DNA from: Bacteroidales bacterium
Lineage (GTDB): Bacteria > Bacteroidota > Bacteroidia > Bacteroidales > UBA932
Length of the DNA: 64,000 bases
Reading direction: 5' to 3'
NCBI GenBank assembly: GCA_012510445.1
Contig: JAAZIA010000005.1
Location: 205-64,204 of the forward strand
In this document: positions 48,029 through 56,003 of the stretch, one piece after another
How the letters are laid out: each line of letters starts with the position of its first letter
Numbering within the stretch: the stretch's first letter is position 1
The notes under the pieces: model-generated
Seen by the model: only the letters and a program-made list of their open reading frames with translations
What the model was told of the DNA's origin: nothing
The model's database searches: none
Position numbers and translations under genes: made by a program

Positions 48029-48448
48029 TTATCTACGTCTGCCCCTTCTACCGTAGTTTTGGGAACGGTTTCCCGCTTGTTGCGTTTGGTACCTGTCACG
48101 TGGCAAAGCGTCGTATTCTTTTTGTTGTTCGGGAGTAAGCAATTTTCTAACCTCATCCCTTTGAGTAGTAACCAACTTGAGCATTCTGTCACGAATGTTG
48201 TCTTTTACTTCAAAATCACGGTTTGAACGACGTTCGTTTCTTAATTGTTCCATTTGCTGTCTGTGTGCAGCTTCCAGCGTAGTAATTTTTTGAATTTGCT
48301 CTTTTGATAACCCGGAAATATATTGTGTACAAGAACCGCGATCATAAGAAGCCGGTACTCTTCTTCCCCTGGCTCCGGGGCCTTGTGCCCATACCGTAAA
48401 TGTAATGGTCATCATTAAAGCAGTAATAAGCAATGTTTTTGTTTTCAT
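48029..48448 (-). CDS. Periplasmic Spy/CpxP-like (LTxxQ) protein
   Basis: It has a signal peptide, LTxxQ-type repeats (LSKEQIQKI, LTPEQQKEY) and an Arg-rich tail. Confidence 0.6.
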   Translation of the reverse strand: MKTKTLLITALMMTITFTVWAQGPGARGRRVPASYDRGSCTQYISGLSKEQIQKITTLEAAHRQQMEQLRNERRSNRDFEVKDNIRDRMLKLVTTQRDEVRKLLTPEQQKEYDALPRDRYQTQQAGNRSQNYGRRGRRR

Positions 48449-48540
48449 TTTCTAAAATTTAAATTGGTTTTGCTTATAAGACACATACAAACAAAAAAAC
48501 TTGCGCAAAATGTTTTATTTTAAAACGAATCTCTGTTTTT

Positions 48541-49089
48541 TTAAAACTCTGCAAGTATATTTTTTTGCAGATTTTGTTTGGCTCTAAATAACAAAGACTC
48601 CACTGAAGATACAGAGATTTTCATTATCTCGGCTATTTCTTTATTGGGCAAATCTTCATACTTACTTAATACAAATGCTTTTTTCTGTCTTTCTGGCAAC
48701 GCATTGACAGCTTTTTTAAGAATCTTTCTTTTTTCTTTCTCCTGCAAAACTTCCAAAGGGTTGTCACGGACAGGTGCCGGAGGAACCTCTTCCATGATCT
48801 GGCTGTCTAACTGTAAAGATCTTTTGTGTTTGCGGTTATCACGTAAATGATTCAGCGATTTATTAAGTGCAATTCTATAAAGCCAGGTAGATATTTTAGA
48901 ACGGGAGTGAAACTTTTGAACGGAACGGAACACCTCAATAAAGACTTCTTGCGTAACATCGTCTGCATCGGCAGCATTTTGTAAAACGCCCAAACAGACA
49001 CGAAATACCATTTGCCGGTAAGTTTCTACCAGCTCGCGAAATGCAGATTCCTCTCCCTTTTTTAGTCTATTAACTATATTAGTGTCCAA
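48541..49089 (-). CDS. ECF-type RNA polymerase sigma-70 family factor
   Basis: Region 2 is DDVTQEVFIEVF and region 4 is LPERQKKAFVL...IAEIMKISVSSVESLLFRAK. There is no in-frame ATG near the N-terminus. I prefer the TTG at 49089 (MDTNIVNRL). The track start at 49170 is also a TTG and runs through the intergenic hairpin. Confidence 0.8.
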   Translation of the reverse strand: MDTNIVNRLKKGEESAFRELVETYRQMVFRVCLGVLQNAADADDVTQEVFIEVFRSVQKFHSRSKISTWLYRIALNKSLNHLRDNRKHKRSLQLDSQIMEEVPPAPVRDNPLEVLQEKEKRKILKKAVNALPERQKKAFVLSKYEDLPNKEIAEIMKISVSSVESLLFRAKQNLQKNILAEF

Positions 49090-49212
49090 AATTCTGTAAA
49101 AAACAATATATTTGACACGAAAGCCGGTTGTTTCTTGCGTTTTTTTTCTTTTTTCGGGGTAGAAACGCAAGTTTTACCGCCCGGATGTGTCAAACATACA
49201 AAATAAGAGAAA

Positions 49213-49632
49213 ATGGACTGCAAGTCAACAGAAAAAAACTTGATCTTTTATATAGACAATTCTCTGCCCCCGGGGAAAGCAGCTGTTGTAGAAGCTCATG
49301 TAAACAGGTGTTCTGCTTGCAAAGAGAAAATGAAATATTTGCAAGAGACATTATCTCTTATAGAAACTACAAAAGCCCTATCACCGGAACCATTTCTCTT
49401 TACCCGCATCATGGGACGGATGCAGCAGCCAACAGTACACCGTTCCCGTATTTTAAAACCCATTGCCGTAACACTTGCTCTTCTTGTGGGTCTTTTCCTG
49501 GGATTCTGGCTGGGGCAAACTGCTGTTTATGGCCCTTTACAAGAAGAAGCTACGATTTATGAAGTTGCTTACCTGTTCCATGACAACCAGATAGAACACG
49601 TGGAAACCCTCTTATTGGACGAAGCCTTTTAA
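49213..49632 (+). CDS. Anti-sigma factor (zf-HC2 type, single TM)
   Basis: It has the Hx3Cx2C motif AHVNRCSAC and a central TM helix (IAVTLALLVGLFLGFWL). Confidence 0.75.
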   Translation: MDCKSTEKNLIFYIDNSLPPGKAAVVEAHVNRCSACKEKMKYLQETLSLIETTKALSPEPFLFTRIMGRMQQPTVHRSRILKPIAVTLALLVGLFLGFWLGQTAVYGPLQEEATIYEVAYLFHDNQIEHVETLLLDEAF

Positions 49633-49633
49633 A

Positions 49634-50194
49634 ATGAAAGTCATGCGTAAAATCCCAACAACGGTATGGATCCTTCTGGTAGTTCTCTTATTGGGATCCA
49701 ATATTGCTTTTATTGCAACGTACCGTACACACCGTGCGCGTGAACTGCAGCAGGAACAGGATTTGGCTCCTGATTTCAGCCAAGAACAAGATGCGGTAAG
49801 AGATGTTCCGCCCAAGCAATTTGGCAACCGTCTGATAAGGGAACTTGACCTGAATGACCAACAACAGGAACAATTCAGGAAACTACACCGTTCCTTTAAC
49901 CGATCTGCAAACGGTATCCTCCGCAGCATGGAAATACTTCGTTCGGGCATGGCAGAGGAGCTGAACAGCCCTTCTCCCGATAAAGAAAAATTGGAACGTC
50001 TGGCAAGTGAGCTGGGGGAAAAACACAAGGACCTTAAAATGCAGACTTTCCTTTATTATTTTCAAATGAAAGACGCTTTAGATCCGGAACAGCAAGAAAA
50101 GTTTGCTGTCTTATTCCGCGATATATTAGCAGAGCCCGGTACACGTCCGCAGACACCTCGACACCGCGGCGGAAGGTTCCGAGACCGCCCGTAA
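49634..50194 (+). CDS. Membrane-anchored Spy/CpxP-like periplasmic protein
   Basis: It has an N-terminal TM helix, LTxxQ-type repeats (LNDQQQEQF, LDPEQQEKF) and an Arg/Gly-rich tail. Confidence 0.6.
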   Translation: MKVMRKIPTTVWILLVVLLLGSNIAFIATYRTHRARELQQEQDLAPDFSQEQDAVRDVPPKQFGNRLIRELDLNDQQQEQFRKLHRSFNRSANGILRSMEILRSGMAEELNSPSPDKEKLERLASELGEKHKDLKMQTFLYYFQMKDALDPEQQEKFAVLFRDILAEPGTRPQTPRHRGGRFRDRP

Positions 50195-50207
50195 ACAGGC
50201 ACTCCCG

Positions 50208-51545
50208 TTATCCCAGAAACCACATAGCAATAGAAAAATAAATCAGCACACCGCAAATATCTGCAATGGAAGTGATGAGCGGAGCGCTTGCCGTTGCCGG
50301 GTCAAGACGCAGTTTGGTGAAGAGAAAAGGTAAAAGCAAACCTATCAAGCTGCCCGTCATAACTATCAACACCATGGAAAGAGCTACAATATAAATAATT
50401 TCCGGCGCTCGGAAACTGGCAATGGCTGCCACACCGGCGGCCATGGTAACTCCCAATAAAAAAGACACTATAAATTCCTTTCCAATCAATTTATACCAGT
50501 CAGAAAGCTTCACGTCTCCCGTTGCCAGAGCACGGATCATTAAGGTGGCCGATTGAGAACCTGCATTGCCTCCGCTATCAATAAGCAAAGGCAGGAAAAA
50601 GACCAAGGAAACAACGGATTGAATAATCGATTCAAAAGAAGAAATGGCTGCCCCGGAAAAAATATTCACAAAAACCAATGCCAGTAACCAGACAATTCTG
50701 TTTTTATATACATCCAAAGCTTTCTCTTTCAGCGGATTGGCAATGGACTGTTGGAAAGAACCAAATTTATGGAAGTCTTCTGTTGTTTCCTCTTCTGCCA
50801 CGTCCATGATGTCGTCAAAGGTGACAATACCCAAGAGAACGCCTTCGCTGTTGATAACAGGCAAAGCTACGCGGTCGTAATCTTGAAAGGCTTTAACTGC
50901 CGTCTCTTGATCGTCCATCACGTTAAGGGCAACAATCCTATAGTCCATCAAATCTTCTATCTTCTGCCCCGGATCTGCCAAAATTAATTCCTTAATACGA
51001 ATATCATCCAGCAGTTTCCACTCCTTATCTACTATATAAATTACGTTCAGGGTTTCCGAATCCTTCCCGTAAATCCTAATGTGAGCAAAGGCCTGCTCAA
51101 TAGTATGGTCGGGATTGACGGCCACATATTCGGGTGTCATCAGACGTCCAATACTGTCTTCCGGATACCCAAGAAGCCGAATGGTTGTATTTCGTTCCTC
51201 CGGTGATAAAAACTGAATCAGCCGCTGGCTGATGGTTCCGGGCAGCTCTTCAAAAAAAGCCGTTCTGTCGTCAGGTTCAATATCGTTGAGCAGGGTGGAC
51301 AGTTTTTTAACATTTCTGGCCAGACCTTCAATAATCTGCTCCTGCGTTTCATGAGAAAGCAACTGAAACGTTTCTTTTGCTAATTTTCTGTTTAGCAAAC
51401 GGAAAATAAGCACGTCATCCCCGTCGGGAGCGTCCTCAATAATTTCGGTAATCTGAACCGGATCAATATCGTTCAGCTCTACCTTCAGTTCTTTCCAATC
51501 CTTGTCTTCAATGAGTTGTTCGAACCTGGTTTTGAAATCAACCAT
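50208..51545 (-). CDS. mgtE: Magnesium transporter MgtE
   Basis: It has the MgtE N-domain, a CBS pair and a C-terminal 5-TM MgtE domain with DSGGNAGSQ. Confidence 0.95.
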   Translation of the reverse strand: MVDFKTRFEQLIEDKDWKELKVELNDIDPVQITEIIEDAPDGDDVLIFRLLNRKLAKETFQLLSHETQEQIIEGLARNVKKLSTLLNDIEPDDRTAFFEELPGTISQRLIQFLSPEERNTTIRLLGYPEDSIGRLMTPEYVAVNPDHTIEQAFAHIRIYGKDSETLNVIYIVDKEWKLLDDIRIKELILADPGQKIEDLMDYRIVALNVMDDQETAVKAFQDYDRVALPVINSEGVLLGIVTFDDIMDVAEEETTEDFHKFGSFQQSIANPLKEKALDVYKNRIVWLLALVFVNIFSGAAISSFESIIQSVVSLVFFLPLLIDSGGNAGSQSATLMIRALATGDVKLSDWYKLIGKEFIVSFLLGVTMAAGVAAIASFRAPEIIYIVALSMVLIVMTGSLIGLLLPFLFTKLRLDPATASAPLITSIADICGVLIYFSIAMWFLG

Positions 51546-51550
51546 AATCT

Positions 51551-51599
51551 TGTCTCCTTACAATTTAAACCCCGTAAGGAGACAGAGATCTCCCCTTAC
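51551..51599 (-). promoter_or_regulatory. mgtE 5' leader with two mutually exclusive hairpins (SD/AUG sequestor and anti-sequestor)
   Basis: In mRNA sense there are three segments: A GUAAGGGGA (51591-51599), B UGUCUCCUUAC (51574-51584) and C GUAAGGAGACA (51551-51561). B pairs with C over 11 bp, or with A over 9 bp. Segment C holds AAGGAG 8 nt before the AUG. Confidence 0.45.
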
Positions 51600-51666
51600 A
51601 GTTTAATTAATACGCAACTATGATAAGGGCTTTCGTCCATTTGTACAATGAATTTTAATACGGTTG

Positions 51667-51698
51667 CAAATATAGATATTTTGATGCTGCGATACAAA
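51667..51698 (-). promoter_or_regulatory. Bacteroidota-type promoter for mgtE (-33 TTTG / -7 TATATTTG)
   Basis: In minus-strand sense the sequence is TTTG-N20-TATATTTG, which predicts a leader of about 115 nt. Confidence 0.45.
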
Positions 51699-51700
51699 TA

Positions 51701-53917
51701 TCAAAACATAAGTTTTAACCGGACAAATACATTTCGACCGGGTTCCACGCTGATGTCGCCGCGGTTGGTGGACAGGTGGTTTGTGTAACGCGTGTTGGTG
51801 ATGTTGTCAACACCGGCAAAACCTTGCAGGCGCATAAAACCCAGGTCAAAAGCTTTGGTGTGCAAAGCCAGATCCAACCTGTAGTAACCGGGTGTTTCTT
51901 TTTCCCCCTCGGCAATCTTGTTTTGCTTGGCGGCACCCATGACAGATACTTCTGCGGCACCTACTCCGGGCCACGTATAGCGCAATCCGGCGCGTCCGTT
52001 CAACGGAGGAATCAACGGCAAGTCGGCTTCTGTTTCCAAAGCATGGCCGCGCACATACGCTCCGGAACCAAAGAACACAAAGTCCCGGCTGAAATTGTAA
52101 GCAAACTTGATGTCAAAGCCGTACAACAGCGCTTTACGAACGTTGTCGTTCACCAGGGCAGGCAACGTATCGGGGGCCGATTCGTTTGTCAGTCGAAAAA
52201 CAAACTCGCCCGGTCTTTCAATAATCATATCGGTCAAGCGGTTCACAAAAGCCCCGGCTTGCAAGTTGAATTTTGATTTCCAAATGCGCAGTCCCAGGTC
52301 TATGGAATGGGCTTTTTCAGGCTTCAGTGCCGGATCTCCCAACCGAACAAAATTGCCCAAGTCTATGTATTTAAAACGTTCTTCTAGCGACGGAGCCCTA
52401 AAAGCCCTCCCGGCATTCAGTGAAAGATCTACATCTTTTTGGATTTTATACAGCAGCCCAAAATTTGCGCTCCAGGACAAGTTATACTCTTCTCCTTTCT
52501 CAAACGTCACCTTTTGTCCCGGAGGGTTGTCAATCCGGTCGCCGTTCATAATGATATAGTCTACGTCAACTCCTTGTTCGTTTTTAATCAAGATGCCGTC
52601 AAAGCGTCCGCCTACAATCATGGTCAACTTGTCATCCAGAAAACGCGTTTCGTTTTGAAAAAATATTCCGGCGCTATTAAAACGCGAATCAGGAATGGGG
52701 GTTTCACCGCGTTCCACAATGTTCGTTTTCACAATATCTCCCAACGGGTTCAGAATATCCACGCGGATGTGCTTGGTGCGTTCCGTATGGAGCTTCCGTC
52801 CCCATACATCGGCTCCGGCAATCAATACGTTCCTGTGAGACAAATCCCATGTGCCTTGCAATTGCACACCGTTTGTCAAGTGCAATCCAACAGGGAAAAA
52901 CACTTGCGGAGACGTACGTTGAATATTGCCGTTGGGCATGGTTGCCTCTGTCACCTGATTGGGTTCCATGGCCACATCACGCACAATGTATTGGGTGAAA
53001 TACTTCAATTCCACCGACGTCCATTTGCTCGTAATATTGGAAATTTTGTAGTTGGCGGAAAACAGGTGGCGTCCTATATCCGTATACGTTGCTTTAGCCG
53101 GACCGGGAAATGCGTCGCCACCCGGGACACCTACATCTTTAGACCAATTGCGTTGGTACTGCATTCTCAATTCGTGGTTGGCAATAGGCTTTACCCCCAG
53201 TTTTGCCGAGATGTTGCTTGTGGAAAAACTACTGTTTTCCAAAATACCGTCCGGTGTGCGCAAATCGTCTGCCTTGGCATACGTTCCTCCCAGATGGAGA
53301 AACCATTTTTTGGAACCGGCGCTTACGTTTGCAGAATTGGAAAACATACGATTTACAGAGGCAAAACCGGAAGTAACGTTACCTGTTACGTACGGCTTTT
53401 CTCCAAAGCGGCCTTGTTTTGTGATGATATTCACAATGCCCCCCATGGCTCCCGTACCGTACAAAGACGATTGGGCACCCTTAATTACCTCTACGCGTTC
53501 CACATCGTTCACATCTACCATACTAAGAGAAGCCGTCAGGTCTGTGGCCGTCTCTACCCTGTTCCCGTCAATGAGGATAACCAAGCGGTCTTCATTAAAA
53601 CCACGTACGTTGATGTTGGTGGCCCAAACTCCGTCTCCGCCACGCGTCACACCCGGTTCCTGCTCCAACACATTGGACAGGGTAAAGGCAGATTGCCTTT
53701 GATACAAAGACGAATCTACCACTACCAGCGAAGCCGGCACGTTCCGGACCTGGCGGTCCATTTTCAAGCTTGTTACCACAATCTCTCCCAGAGTAACGGG
53801 GATGGTGTCTTTAGTCTCCGCTTCTTGAGCGTGAAGTGTTGTAAAAGGGACAATGACTAAAAAGGAAAATGCAACCAAGACACGGGTTGCTGCAAAAACA
53901 ATGGATTTTTTTTTCAT
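51701..53917 (-). CDS. TonB-dependent receptor
   Basis: It has a signal peptide, a TonB-box/plug region (VTLGEIVVTS, INIITK), 738 aa of beta-barrel, and a C-terminal aromatic residue (LKLMF). Confidence 0.9.
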   Translation of the reverse strand: MKKKSIVFAATRVLVAFSFLVIVPFTTLHAQEAETKDTIPVTLGEIVVTSLKMDRQVRNVPASLVVVDSSLYQRQSAFTLSNVLEQEPGVTRGGDGVWATNINVRGFNEDRLVILIDGNRVETATDLTASLSMVDVNDVERVEVIKGAQSSLYGTGAMGGIVNIITKQGRFGEKPYVTGNVTSGFASVNRMFSNSANVSAGSKKWFLHLGGTYAKADDLRTPDGILENSSFSTSNISAKLGVKPIANHELRMQYQRNWSKDVGVPGGDAFPGPAKATYTDIGRHLFSANYKISNITSKWTSVELKYFTQYIVRDVAMEPNQVTEATMPNGNIQRTSPQVFFPVGLHLTNGVQLQGTWDLSHRNVLIAGADVWGRKLHTERTKHIRVDILNPLGDIVKTNIVERGETPIPDSRFNSAGIFFQNETRFLDDKLTMIVGGRFDGILIKNEQGVDVDYIIMNGDRIDNPPGQKVTFEKGEEYNLSWSANFGLLYKIQKDVDLSLNAGRAFRAPSLEERFKYIDLGNFVRLGDPALKPEKAHSIDLGLRIWKSKFNLQAGAFVNRLTDMIIERPGEFVFRLTNESAPDTLPALVNDNVRKALLYGFDIKFAYNFSRDFVFFGSGAYVRGHALETEADLPLIPPLNGRAGLRYTWPGVGAAEVSVMGAAKQNKIAEGEKETPGYYRLDLALHTKAFDLGFMRLQGFAGVDNITNTRYTNHLSTNRGDISVEPGRNVFVRLKLMF

Positions 53918-53918
53918 T

Positions 53919-54164
53919 TTATTTATTCTTCAATAGTACCGATTTTACTTGGATCCCCTGCAAACGGCCTAATTGGCCTGTTAGAGAACCTATTTGATCT
54001 GTGGTACCTTCAAGAATAAGGGAAATAAGATTCTTGCCATTGCTGCGTGGAAGGCCCTGCCTTCCCAGGATGATTCCTGCATGACGCGTAAGAATGTCGT
54101 TCATAAGAGCGACATGCTCGTTGCTATCGATTTGAATGATTACTGTTCCTACTCTCTTTTCCAT
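53919..54164 (-). CDS. TM1266-family ACT/NikR-C-like small regulatory protein
   Basis: It is 81 aa. The pattern VIIQIDSNEHVALMNDILTRHAGIILGRQGLP...ISLILEGTTDQIGSLTGQLGRLQGIQVKS matches my recollection of the TM1266 family (annotated as iron-only hydrogenase system regulator). It ends 1 nt before the receptor start. Confidence 0.55.
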   Translation of the reverse strand: MEKRVGTVIIQIDSNEHVALMNDILTRHAGIILGRQGLPRSNGKNLISLILEGTTDQIGSLTGQLGRLQGIQVKSVLLKNK

Positions 54165-54283
54165 CAGAGTACCTCCGGATTAGATTTTGTTAATAGATGC
54201 AAAATTGCTGTTTGAGTGGCAAAGATAAGACATTTTTCCCAACTGCCTAAAATTGTTCTATTTTTGTGGAAAATTCAGAAAGT

Positions 54284-55261
54284 ATGCATTCTACTTTTGT
54301 AACCTTTTTGGTTGCCATGACAGCTGTCTTTTTTATGATTTCCGGCACAAGCTGTGGTAGCAGGTCGGGGAAAGACACAGAAGGCAATCTAACCTTTGTT
54401 ACCTTAAAAGGGCCCTCCTCCATGGGAATGGTTCGTTTGATAGACAGCCTGTCCCGGGAGGAAAAACCAACCGTTCACGTAGTGATGGTAAACGAACCGC
54501 TCCAAGCCAGAAAATTGATGTTGGAAGGCAAAGCAGACATGGTATTGCTTCCCATGACCATGGCTGCTCTTTCCTACAACAAGGGCCTGGACTACCGATT
54601 GGTTGCTGTTCCCGTATGGGGTACCTTATACCTGTACGGAGAAGATACAACCATTACCCGGTGGGAAGATTTAAAAGGAAAAACCGTTCACACCATGGCA
54701 CGCGGCATGACACCCGATGTTTTATTCCGATACCTGCTTTCGAAAAATGGCCTAGATCCCAACAAAGACCTTACCCTGGATTATCGCTTCCCCTCGCATA
54801 TTGACCTGGCCAGTGCCATGGCACTGGGAAAAGCCAAACTGGGTGTTATTTCCGAGCCGCAAGCCAGTCAGGTAGTTCAAAAAAATGTTGCCGTTTCTCT
54901 TTTGATGGACCTTAACCACGAGTGGACAACCGCCATGCATGCACCTATGCCTCAGACAGCTTTCCTGGCCGATGCCTCGGCTTTACAAAAACACCCCGAG
55001 CGAATAGAAGAAATCCTTTCTGCATGTGAACGTTCCACCCTCTGGGTCAACAGCTGCCCAGATAGTGCTGCGGCTTTGATGGTCAAACACGGGATTCTGG
55101 ACAGGGCAGTCGTGGCCGTTAGGGCCATTCCTTATGCGGGCCTTCATTTTGAAAGAACCGCCAAAATCTCTGCTCTGGTACAGGATTATTTGCAAGTATT
55201 TTATACATTCGACCCTGAAATCATTGGAGGAAAAATGCCCGATGAAACATTTTATAAATAA
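54284..55261 (+). CDS. ABC transporter substrate-binding lipoprotein (NMT1/THI5, nitrate/sulfonate/taurine-like family)
   Basis: The ATG at 54284 gives MHSTFVTFLVAMTAVFFMISGTSC, a lipobox. The track GTG at 54266 sits on the predicted -7 box. Confidence 0.65.
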   Translation: MHSTFVTFLVAMTAVFFMISGTSCGSRSGKDTEGNLTFVTLKGPSSMGMVRLIDSLSREEKPTVHVVMVNEPLQARKLMLEGKADMVLLPMTMAALSYNKGLDYRLVAVPVWGTLYLYGEDTTITRWEDLKGKTVHTMARGMTPDVLFRYLLSKNGLDPNKDLTLDYRFPSHIDLASAMALGKAKLGVISEPQASQVVQKNVAVSLLMDLNHEWTTAMHAPMPQTAFLADASALQKHPERIEEILSACERSTLWVNSCPDSAAALMVKHGILDRAVVAVRAIPYAGLHFERTAKISALVQDYLQVFYTFDPEIIGGKMPDETFYK

Positions 55262-56003
55262 AAAGAAAACCCTTACGGCCCTCTCCATAATCCTCATGCT
55301 TGTCTTATGGAAAGTACTGGCCGTTGTGTTTAATTCTCCGCATACCATTCCACACCCGGGAGCTACGTTTCTGGCCGTAATAAAGTTGTTTACAGAGCCG
55401 GGATTTCTGATGGTGGCTGGAAGTACGGTAGTAAGGGGGTTGATTGGATTTGTTATATCGGGATTGCTCGGCATAGGGATAGGTATTCTGGCCGGAATAA
55501 GTCCGGGGTTCAACACCTTTATCTCCCCCATGCTGGTAACCATTAGGTCTGTTCCTGTAATTTCGCTTATCTTGCTTGCACTCATTTGGTTCCGCACAGG
55601 AATGGTACCTGTCTTCATTGGTTTCCTTACCATGTTCCCATTCATCTGCACCAACGTCTCTGACGGCATAAGAAGTGTTGACCCGGGTTTGGTAGAAATG
55701 GCACATTTTTACAAGGTTCACAAAGGGCGGATACTTACGAGTGTATACATCCCGGCGGTAATGCCTTTTATTATAAGCGGAGCCTCCAGTGCCATGGGTA
55801 TTGGATGGCGCGCCATTATTATTGGAGAAGTCCTTAGCCAGCCGTTGTATGGTATTGGAACCCGTATGCAGTTGGCCCAAACGTATCTGAACGTAGAAGC
55901 GGTTATTGCCTGGACGCTCATTGCCATAGCCCTCAGTTTTATTTTTGAAAAATTAATCCGGTGGGGTGAATCTTACATAATCAACTGGCAAAACGGATCA
56001 TGA
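55242..56003 (+). CDS. ABC transporter permease
   Basis: The ATG at 55242 (MKHFINKKKTLTALSIILML) gives about 6 TM helices. It overlaps the SBP gene by 20 nt and the ATPase gene by 4 nt. Confidence 0.8.
   Translation: MKHFINKKKTLTALSIILMLVLWKVLAVVFNSPHTIPHPGATFLAVIKLFTEPGFLMVAGSTVVRGLIGFVISGLLGIGIGILAGISPGFNTFISPMLVTIRSVPVISLILLALIWFRTGMVPVFIGFLTMFPFICTNVSDGIRSVDPGLVEMAHFYKVHKGRILTSVYIPAVMPFIISGASSAMGIGWRAIIIGEVLSQPLYGIGTRMQLAQTYLNVEAVIAWTLIAIALSFIFEKLIRWGESYIINWQNGS

Noticed and set aside
51546-51700. I considered an M-box (ykoK) Mg2+ riboswitch upstream of mgtE.
   Set aside because: The whole intergenic region is 155 nt and the predicted leader is about 115 nt. That is shorter than the M-box aptamer plus expression platform as I know it (about 160-170 nt), and I do not recognise its conserved core. 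I kept only the alternative-hairpin observation.
52439-53860. A 473-aa plus-strand ORF, plus 51776..52276, 52107..52559 and 53052..53702, lies opposite the TonB-dependent receptor gene.
   Set aside because: These lie antisense to a gene with clear plug, barrel and C-terminal signatures. Their translations are Arg/His/Cys-rich low-information sequence with no recognisable motifs, which is a typical shadow ORF.
54165-54283. I considered a TPP or cobalamin riboswitch in front of the TM1266/TonB operon or the NMT1-type ABC importer.
   Set aside because: The divergent region is only 119 nt and is largely taken up by two promoter boxes. I see no TPP-type CTGAGA/ACCTGA core and no B12-box, so there is no room for a cobalamin element.
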